Source of the DNA: an uncultured delta proteobacterium
GTDB taxonomy: Bacteria > Myxococcota_A > Polyangia > Fen-1088
NCBI GenBank assembly: GCA_963796685.1
Contig: CAWCMR010000025.1
Span: 64,001-128,000, forward strand
Length of the DNA stretch: 64,000 nucleotides
Reading direction: 5' to 3'
Numbering within the stretch: the first letter of the stretch is position 1; each line of letters begins with the position of its first letter. Under the pieces are notes generated by a model. It was given only the letters and a program-made list of their open reading frames with translations, searched no databases and was not told where the DNA came from. Shown here piece by piece: positions 57,237 to 64,000 of the stretch. Both the position numbers and the translations under genes were made by a program.

Positions 57237-59888
57237 CTAGAACTCCAGCCGCGCGCCAGCCACGGCCAGCGTCGGCAATCCGATGAGGTAGCTCTTTTGC
57301 GTGTAGTCCTGACTATAGACGATTTCCTCGGGATTCTTGCGGTTGGTGATATTCTGAACATCCACGAACACGCTCACCTTCATCCGCTGCATCACGAAGG
57401 ATTTTTCGGCGCGCGCATCCAGTTGGTAGAATGCGGGTATGCGAATCGAGTTGTGCGCGCCGAAGATCGGCTCGTAATAGCCCGTCAAGCTGTCGAGGTA
57501 GTGGTCGACCACGGGGGTCCTCGGCATCCCGGTGGCGTAGCGAAAGCGAGCCCCGACCTCATAGCCTCTTCCTAGGTCGTAGCTGGCCAGCAGGGCGAGG
57601 ACATGGGTTTGGTCCTGGTCGAAGAGGCGGTAGCCGAGATCGGGATGATCGCGGCGCTCGCTGCGCGACAAGGAATAGGTGAACCACCCGAAGAAACCCT
57701 TGAATAGCTCTTGGCGCAACAGCACCTGCGCGCCCAAGACCCTACCACTGCCGTCTTGGGTGAGCGTCTGCGCCACGGGAGGGGAAGGATTCTCGCTTCG
57801 CGAAACCAAGTTGTAGAGCTTCTTGTAGAAGCCTACCGATTCGAAGACCAAGGTTGGGCGGACTTTGAAGGAGAAACCGGCCATGAGGTGAATGGCGCGC
57901 GATTGGGTAATGGTCGGATTTCCGAACACCGGCGACATGTCCTCGGGATCGGGGGGTTGCCCGTAGACGCCGGCACCGCTCGTAAGGGTGAGGCGCGGAA
58001 GCACCTTCCAGGAGACCTGCAGGCGTGGATTGGGCAAATAGCGAACCACCGGGGTGTCTATTGGATTGGTCGGAACGGAAAGCCGGGTGTAGCCAACCGG
58101 GGCTGAAATGGTGCTGTATGGAAGACGGTGATCGCCCTCGACCTGGGTGGGCTCGAAGCGAAAGCCCGGTGTGAGGGTCCAATTTCCGAGCTTCATGTCA
58201 AGCGTGGCGAAAGAACCCACGCTGAGGATGTTCACCTTCCAGTTGTCGAAGGCGATTTCCGAAGACGGGCGCTGTCCGAAGACGACGATGTCGCCTTCGC
58301 GCGGAGGTTGGTTTACCGAACCGTGGCGCGAGAGAGCGACCTGGCTTCCCTGGGCATCGACGCCCACCAAGAGAACCGCCCACTTGCTGACCCGTCGGCG
58401 CAGACTGCCGCGAACGGCGTATTGCCAGGTGTTCGATTGCACCGCCGTGGTATCGCTGCCGAAGGTCTGCAAAATGGAATTGGTATCGTAGCCGATGGAT
58501 GGGGTCACGCGCACGCTGGAGCCATCGGCGAATAGGCGCCGGTAGGTGACGAGCAGCCTGCGAAACGAGCTGTCATCGTTCTCGGTGCGCAAATCCGCCG
58601 GATCGCTGGCGGGAATGGCCCGGCGCAGGTGATCGTCGGACGCCAAAAAGGTAGCGGTCACGTCCTCGTCCTTGCGCAGGGCCAACGCCGCGCGCGCTTG
58701 ATAGTCGTCGTAGCGGGGTATGGGAAAGTAATCGCCGATATCCGAGGACGTCACCAGGGGCATCAATCGATCCAGGTAGCTCACGCGTCCGGCAAGAGAA
58801 ACGTGCAATCGCGGCGTGACTGCCGCCGTCACCTCGGCCGAGGTGTCCAGAATGTCGGCGGCCACGTAGCCGTGCACGCCCGAGGTGGACATTTGCCCGA
58901 GCTCCACCCGCACGAGCCCGCCCAAGCCGCGGCCGTTCTCTGCCCCATACGCGCCTGGCGCAAGGTCGATGGACTTGACCAGATCGGAATTGATGGTCGA
59001 GCGCAATCCGCCCATGTGGTACAGGGCCGGGATTTCTACGCCGTCGACGTTGACCCTGGTTTCCTTGGGCGACGAGCCCCACACCACCAATTGGCCGGAA
59101 CCGAAGCTGGCCCTGCCCACGCCGGGTAGGTTCTGAACGACTTTTAGGGTATCGCCCTGCGTGCCTGGAACCTTGCGCGCCTCTTCGGTGCGAATGCGCG
59201 TTTCCACCGCTTCCTTCTTGATGCGGGCCGCACGGACCACGACTTCCTCGTCTACGTCCTCTTCCTTTTCTTCGACGTAGTACTTCATGGTCCGTTTCTG
59301 GCCGCGTTTGATGGTTTCCTCGGTCAGCACGGTCACCAGGCGCGGATGGCGAATCTCGACTTTGTACGTGCCGGGCGCCAAATCGGTGAAGGCGAACTTG
59401 CCCTGTTCATCGGTCTTGGTGGTCAGATCCAAATCCTTGATCTTCACCGTCACGCCAGCGATAGGCTGCTTCTTGAAACGGTCGAGAACCACGCCGTCGA
59501 AGTTCACCTGTGGCCCGACGGAGACCATCTTCGTGACGATGGTGAAATCGTAGCGGTAGGTGATTGTCACCGGGATGGGCTGTCCGTTCGATTCGGCCGG
59601 CGTGAACACGAACTGGCGCGCGGCCTCCACTGCGGCCTTATCGAAATCCGCTCCCCCGCTTTGGACGACTCCGACCTCGCCCACCTTGCCATCCTCGCCA
59701 ATCTCGATGGAAAGCAGAACTTGCGAAGTGATGCCGGCGGCGTGCTTGTCCTTCGGGTACTGAGCCTCGACGAAATGGACCAAATGCGGTGCCTTGGTGA
59801 TCACCGACGCCTCTTCCTCGGCACGCAGCGAGGTAGCGAAGAGCCCCGCGAGCGCAAAGGCCGCCAACGAAATACAGCGATGTCGCAA
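57237..59888 (-). CDS. TonB-dependent receptor with N-terminal TonB_C-like domain (paralog of 24471..27134)
   Basis: EAQYP...FDKAAVEAARQFVFTPA; VPGTQGDTLKVVQNLPGV; ends GARLEF. Confidence 0.92.
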   Translation of the reverse strand: MRHRCISLAAFALAGLFATSLRAEEEASVITKAPHLVHFVEAQYPKDKHAAGITSQVLLSIEIGEDGKVGEVGVVQSGGADFDKAAVEAARQFVFTPAESNGQPIPVTITYRYDFTIVTKMVSVGPQVNFDGVVLDRFKKQPIAGVTVKIKDLDLTTKTDEQGKFAFTDLAPGTYKVEIRHPRLVTVLTEETIKRGQKRTMKYYVEEKEEDVDEEVVVRAARIKKEAVETRIRTEEARKVPGTQGDTLKVVQNLPGVGRASFGSGQLVVWGSSPKETRVNVDGVEIPALYHMGGLRSTINSDLVKSIDLAPGAYGAENGRGLGGLVRVELGQMSTSGVHGYVAADILDTSAEVTAAVTPRLHVSLAGRVSYLDRLMPLVTSSDIGDYFPIPRYDDYQARAALALRKDEDVTATFLASDDHLRRAIPASDPADLRTENDDSSFRRLLVTYRRLFADGSSVRVTPSIGYDTNSILQTFGSDTTAVQSNTWQYAVRGSLRRRVSKWAVLLVGVDAQGSQVALSRHGSVNQPPREGDIVVFGQRPSSEIAFDNWKVNILSVGSFATLDMKLGNWTLTPGFRFEPTQVEGDHRLPYSTISAPVGYTRLSVPTNPIDTPVVRYLPNPRLQVSWKVLPRLTLTSGAGVYGQPPDPEDMSPVFGNPTITQSRAIHLMAGFSFKVRPTLVFESVGFYKKLYNLVSRSENPSPPVAQTLTQDGSGRVLGAQVLLRQELFKGFFGWFTYSLSRSERRDHPDLGYRLFDQDQTHVLALLASYDLGRGYEVGARFRYATGMPRTPVVDHYLDSLTGYYEPIFGAHNSIRIPAFYQLDARAEKSFVMQRMKVSVFVDVQNITNRKNPEEIVYSQDYTQKSYLIGLPTLAVAGARLEF

Positions 59889-60614
59889 TCAGTCCCCCAG
59901 CTCGAAGCGACGTGCAAGAACGTAGGTCCCTCCAGCGACCGGCTTGCCACAAGCCATGGCCGGTTTGAAGCGCCACTGTTTGACGGCAGCCACCGCCGCT
60001 GCGTCTAGCTCAGGGGAGACGCTGGCCAAAACCTGGACGGTCACGACCGCGCCGTCGGCTCCCACCACGACTTTCAGCTTCAGCTTGCCTTCGATCCCGT
60101 CCGCGCGAGCGGCGGCGGTGTATTCGATTTCGGTCTTGAACACCGGTTCGGGCTTCGACGGCTCCTCGGTGCAAGGTGCCTCGGTGGCCGGCCCGCCCGG
60201 TCCAATCTCGTGAATCCTGCGCCTGCGCGGCTCGGCCTCGATGGAGGCCACCTTGGTGGGCGTCGCGGCTTGCGGGGGCCGTGCCACGGGAATTGCCACG
60301 GCATCGCCGATGTCCTCGTTGCTCATGGCCAGGTCCATGTTGATGGGCGCAACCGGAAGTCTTGCCGTGGGCATCGGCGCTTCGACGGGGGCGGCCCTGT
60401 GCTCCACGACCTTGTGCTCCTCCGGACGGACAACCTTGGCAACCTTGGGTTTGGGGGGAACGACCTTCGCCTTCTCCTTCATCTCCTTCTTCTTGGATTC
60501 GGTCATCTGCACGAAGAAGCTCTTCCCGGAGGCATGGTGCTGCGAGGCCGCAAGCAGCGCTACGGCGACGCCGCCATGGATGAGCAATGAAACTACGACC
60601 GTAGCCTTTTTCAC
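59889..60614 (-). CDS. tonB: Energy transducer TonB
   Basis: TM with SLLIHG (SxxxH), Lys/Pro-rich linker, YTAAARADGIEG...LDAAAVAAVKQWRFKPA. Confidence 0.9.
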   Translation of the reverse strand: MKKATVVVSLLIHGGVAVALLAASQHHASGKSFFVQMTESKKKEMKEKAKVVPPKPKVAKVVRPEEHKVVEHRAAPVEAPMPTARLPVAPINMDLAMSNEDIGDAVAIPVARPPQAATPTKVASIEAEPRRRRIHEIGPGGPATEAPCTEEPSKPEPVFKTEIEYTAAARADGIEGKLKLKVVVGADGAVVTVQVLASVSPELDAAAVAAVKQWRFKPAMACGKPVAGGTYVLARRFELGD

Positions 60615-60658
60615 GAGAGCACCTCAGGGCAAGATACAGTCAATCGGACCACCCGTGC

Positions 60659-61078
60659 CTAGGGACCGCCACCTTGCATGATGTTGATGGCAAACTTCGT
60701 CACACCCGCGACCTTGGCGAGATCCATGATGTGAACGACCCAACCGTGCAGCGCATCCTTGTCCGCGCTGACCACCAGGCTCATCTCCGAGTCGGCGGCG
60801 ACCGCGGTCTTGATGAGCCCCTCGAGCTCCTGCTCGTTCACGGGTTGCTCATTCCAACGAAGATCGCCGTTCTTCATGAGCTGGACGGTGCTGGGTTTTT
60901 CCGCCACGCCGTCACTGATGCGCGCCTTGGGCAGGTGAACCTTCAAGGTTTGGGCCACGATATAGGTCGAGGCGACCATGAGAATGACCAACAAGACCAG
61001 GACGACGTCCACCAGCGGCGTAACGTTGATGGCGGCGATGGTTTTGGCTCGCCCCGAGCCGGAAACCGCGCCGGCCAT
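60659..61078 (-). CDS. exbD: Biopolymer transport protein ExbD/TolR
   Basis: INVTPLVDVVLVLLVILMV; VVSADKD. Confidence 0.93.
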   Translation of the reverse strand: MAGAVSGSGRAKTIAAINVTPLVDVVLVLLVILMVASTYIVAQTLKVHLPKARISDGVAEKPSTVQLMKNGDLRWNEQPVNEQELEGLIKTAVAADSEMSLVVSADKDALHGWVVHIMDLAKVAGVTKFAINIMQGGGP

Positions 61079-61818
61079 CAGCTGTTCGCCTCCGCGGGAC
61101 GCAAGGCCACATCGGCTTCCTCGACGTCATCCATCGGGGTCCTGCTGCCGGTCGGCTTCTGCTTCGTCGCGACACCGTGCTTTGCCTTCATGACGGCAAG
61201 CACCTGATTGGTGAGCGCACCCGTGTTTTCCTCGATGTCATTGCATTTCTTCTGGAACAAGTTGTAGGCGATGACAGCGGGAATCGCGACCAAGATGCCG
61301 ACCGCGGTGGCGATGAGGGCCTCGGCGATGCCGCCCATGACATTGCCCATGCCGCCACCGCTGGCGGCCATGTTCGCCGAGGCAGCGCCCAGTTCCTTGA
61401 AGGCCGCGACGACGCCGAGCACGGTACCGAACAGACCCACGAAGGGCGAGTTGCTACCCAAGGTTCCCAGGAAGAGAAGCCCACTCTCGAAGATCTTGCG
61501 TCGCTGCCGAATCCCCTTTTGCACGATCTCGCTGACCGAGTCCGGCCCGTCGGCGTAGTAAGCAAGAGCATCGTGCAGAATTTGGGCCTCGACGGCTGGG
61601 TTCGTGGCCAGGCTCTTCTTCGCCGCCTCCGGATCGTGTGCGCGCAGCTGCTTGGCTAGGCCGTCCCCCACGGCAACGAGGTCGAGCTTGCGCTTGCGGA
61701 AGAACCACCAGCGTTCGATCACTACGCCCACGGAAATGACCGACAGGGCGAGCAAGAGATAGAGCACCGCCGTCGCGCCCGTCGAAGCAACAAGTACGAG
61801 TTTCTGCATTAACAGCAT
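61078..61818 (-). CDS. exbB: MotA/TolQ/ExbB proton-channel protein
   Basis: LGTLGSNSPFVGLFGTVLG; GIAEALIATAVGILVAIPA. Confidence 0.93.
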   Translation of the reverse strand: MLLMQKLVLVASTGATAVLYLLLALSVISVGVVIERWWFFRKRKLDLVAVGDGLAKQLRAHDPEAAKKSLATNPAVEAQILHDALAYYADGPDSVSEIVQKGIRQRRKIFESGLLFLGTLGSNSPFVGLFGTVLGVVAAFKELGAASANMAASGGGMGNVMGGIAEALIATAVGILVAIPAVIAYNLFQKKCNDIEENTGALTNQVLAVMKAKHGVATKQKPTGSRTPMDDVEEADVALRPAEANS

Positions 61819-61832
61819 AGGTCACCTTCCTT

Positions 61833-62761
61833 CTACAAATTGTAGTCAAAGACCAGCGCTTGCACTCCGGCGCCCTGGCCGTGCGGAAAGCGCGTGTCCG
61901 TATCCGTCGATTGTCCGAACGCTTGCAGGATGGGGGAATCAGACCCTTGGGAGAAGACCTGCACCCTCCAGCGTGCGGTCACCTCCGAGCACAGCGAGAA
62001 GGTGTCCACCCGAACGATGTATTGACCGTCGGGCGGTGGGATCGGAAAAATCACGTTCTCGTTGCGACGACCATCGATGACACACTGGCTGTTGGAGTCG
62101 TGGTCCAGGTAGCCATCGGCAATGGCCGCGTCGACGTCGTCCGGCGCAACCTTCGTTCCCACGGGAAGTCCCGAGGGTTTGCGCGACCAAATCTCGTTGA
62201 CCCCGGCATCGCCGGATGGCAGCACCACGTGAAGATCCAGATCGGCCTGCGTGTCCCAATCCAGACTGATGACCAGGGCACCGGTCGGGCGAACGTCTTT
62301 CAGGGTCAAGGGGTACTGTCTCGGGGGACCAACACTGCCATTCTTGTCGGTGGCGCGGACGATCAGGGTCAAGGCTCCCCCGTCGTTCGGGGGGGATCCA
62401 TCGAAAACGAAGCCGTGCACGAAAAGGTGAAGTCCGTTGGCGTGTTCTGGTCCACGTTCTCAACGGGCATGGCCCAGTGGCCGCTGTCGCCCAGCAGCCC
62501 GATCAATATTCCCGTCGAGCCTGGGCCCACGTCGCCTGAAAAGGACTTGCCGGATACCCCTGAAAACACATCATTGCTGCGCGTCGCGATGGTGTGGACC
62601 TCGGGCAGAGCGCCATGGTCGGCGGTATCGATGCTACCGGCAATGAACTGCGCGTTATCGATGCGCATGTAGGCGGTTTGTCCCGAGCTCGGGTTGCTCC
62701 CGGAACAGGCGCCGAACGGAAGGGTCGTCAACAAGGCGGTGAGCAGTGTCAGGGTACGCAT
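61833..62761 (-). CDS. Lipoprotein with YfaP/DUF2135-like domain (frameshift in the 7-nt homopolymer 62389-62395)
   Basis: Lipobox FGAC. One extra C joins ..FSMDPP to PNDGGALTL..LDWDTQADLDLHV, colinear with 27146..28066. Confidence 0.8.
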
Positions 62762-64000
62762 TAAAAGACCGCCTCCGCACGCAAGGTGAACGCGTTGCTT
62801 GCCAGATTGGTGGGAAGACCGGATGGATCGCGACCGAAGTGGTTCCTGTTGATGTCGTATTGAAGCAGCAACCGGTTGGTCAGGCCCGCGATGGTCATCC
62901 GTGCCGCCACGGCCATCCCGAAGGTCGAAACTGCCTCGCTCGAAAGCAGGACTGTGGCGGCCTGACGATCGGTGCTGTCCTGGTCGGGGTCGTAGTAGTC
63001 ATAGCGAACGCCCGCCTGCACGTACCGACCCACGTCCTGGACCAAAGCCACGTAGTAGCCCCGCTCCCGCATGTCGCGCCCGAGCGGTCCGTAGGGATCT
63101 GCAATCAACAAGGCACGGTCTAGATTCTTGGCCCAGGCTATTTCGCCATAGAGGGTGGTATTGCCGAGGCTCGAAGTCCGAGCCGTGATGAGAATGTCGG
63201 CCCCCAGCGCGTTGCGGCTGAAGTTCTGCGAGGGCAGTCCCGAGCTGCCGGGAGAAGGAATGAGCTCGTTAGAATTGACGCGACCGTCCTCGTTCGTATC
63301 CTGCCAGGACACGGTGGGCTTGCTGGAGGAGGTGCCCTTGTGCAGGCCCTTTCCGGTCAGGGCCGAGAAGCCGGCCTGAAAATCGACGCCCGCACCGAGC
63401 GCCGAGGTCATGCCCAGTCGTCCGACGACGTCCTTCGCGGCGTTCGGGTCGCGCGCGGGAAAGGTGCTCTCACCCAGCGGCTCGCCGTTTTGCACCGCAA
63501 GCGCATAGCGGACGAATCGCCAACCTCCGGCGATCCGCGCCCCCAGGTCATATTCCCCGGGGAAAAGCGCCTTCTCCAAATTGCTTCGTTCGGCGAACAA
63601 CCGTTTGTAGTCGCTCTGCCCGATCTCGAAGCCAAAAGGGATCTTGAAGATCCCCACGGTGCCGGCAACGAGCGGAACCTCGTCGCCCGGAAGCTTGGCC
63701 GTCACCTCCACGTCCATCGGCCTGGCTTGCGGTCCATTGACGGTATTGGCGTCGAGCTCGGCAATCGCCGCCAGATAGCGCCGATCCACGCTGGCGCGCA
63801 ACCTCAGGCGCTTGATGGCAAATCGATTGTCGTTGAGGGGTGCGCCCGTCGACGTGTTGAGCTGGTCCTCCGAGCTCTGCCGCACGTACATATCGGCCTG
63901 CACGAAACCGGACAGGGTCAGGCCCTCGATGCCGGCAACGCTCGGATTCTTGTGCAGCGCAGCCTCCACGGCTGCGTCCACGGCGGCCTTGATGTCGTCC
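62761..64000 (-). CDS. OprO/OprP-like porin (5' end beyond the window; paralog of 28066..29640)
   Basis: GFVQAD, FAIKRLRL, GIFKIPFGFE, FAERS, DPNAAKD..GR; ends RAEAVF. Confidence 0.78.
   Translation of the reverse strand, partial: DDIKAAVDAAVEAALHKNPSVAGIEGLTLSGFVQADMYVRQSSEDQLNTSTGAPLNDNRFAIKRLRLRASVDRRYLAAIAELDANTVNGPQARPMDVEVTAKLPGDEVPLVAGTVGIFKIPFGFEIGQSDYKRLFAERSNLEKALFPGEYDLGARIAGGWRFVRYALAVQNGEPLGESTFPARDPNAAKDVVGRLGMTSALGAGVDFQAGFSALTGKGLHKGTSSSKPTVSWQDTNEDGRVNSNELIPSPGSSGLPSQNFSRNALGADILITARTSSLGNTTLYGEIAWAKNLDRALLIADPYGPLGRDMRERGYYVALVQDVGRYVQAGVRYDYYDPDQDSTDRQAATVLLSSEAVSTFGMAVAARMTIAGLTNRLLLQYDINRNHFGRDPSGLPTNLASNAFTLRAEAVF

Noticed and set aside
1-64000. tRNA, rRNA, transposase, integrase or phage genes marking a mobile island
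   Set aside because: None was recognised by eye, so there is no direct evidence of mobility within the window.

Overview
GC-rich bacterial DNA. Gene content suggests Myxococcota, probably Polyangia (inference from ECF/anti-sigma modules, Gly/Cys-rich lipoproteins and TonB_C-fused receptors). The first ~17.5 kb is a mix of genes: a nucleotidyltransferase pair, three ECF sigma factors, a cytochrome c, a sugar-sensor GGDEF protein, esterases, a degenerate mannose-1-P guanylyltransferase and a LolA-like/ABC/outer-membrane-barrel operon. From ~17.6 kb to the window end lies a largely duplicated cell-envelope island. It holds two orphan PhoB-like regulators and four Cys-rich secreted PstS-fold proteins in two families, each family with one intact and one binding-site-altered copy. 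It also holds two copies of an operon (OprO/P-like porin, lipoprotein, optional ExbB-ExbD-TonB, TonB-dependent receptor, lipoprotein), a set of modular stalk/beta-propeller surface lipoproteins, and a TMTC-like GT-C glycosyltransferase. Many of its intergenic regions carry 11-bp-period Pho-box-like arrays. My best hypothesis is an undescribed phosphate-starvation-induced surface scavenging and uptake apparatus. Six genes are broken by apparent 1-nt indels, mostly in homopolymers and probably long-read errors. I recognised no rRNA, tRNA, CRISPR array or transposase. All family calls come from motif recognition by eye, not from database searches.
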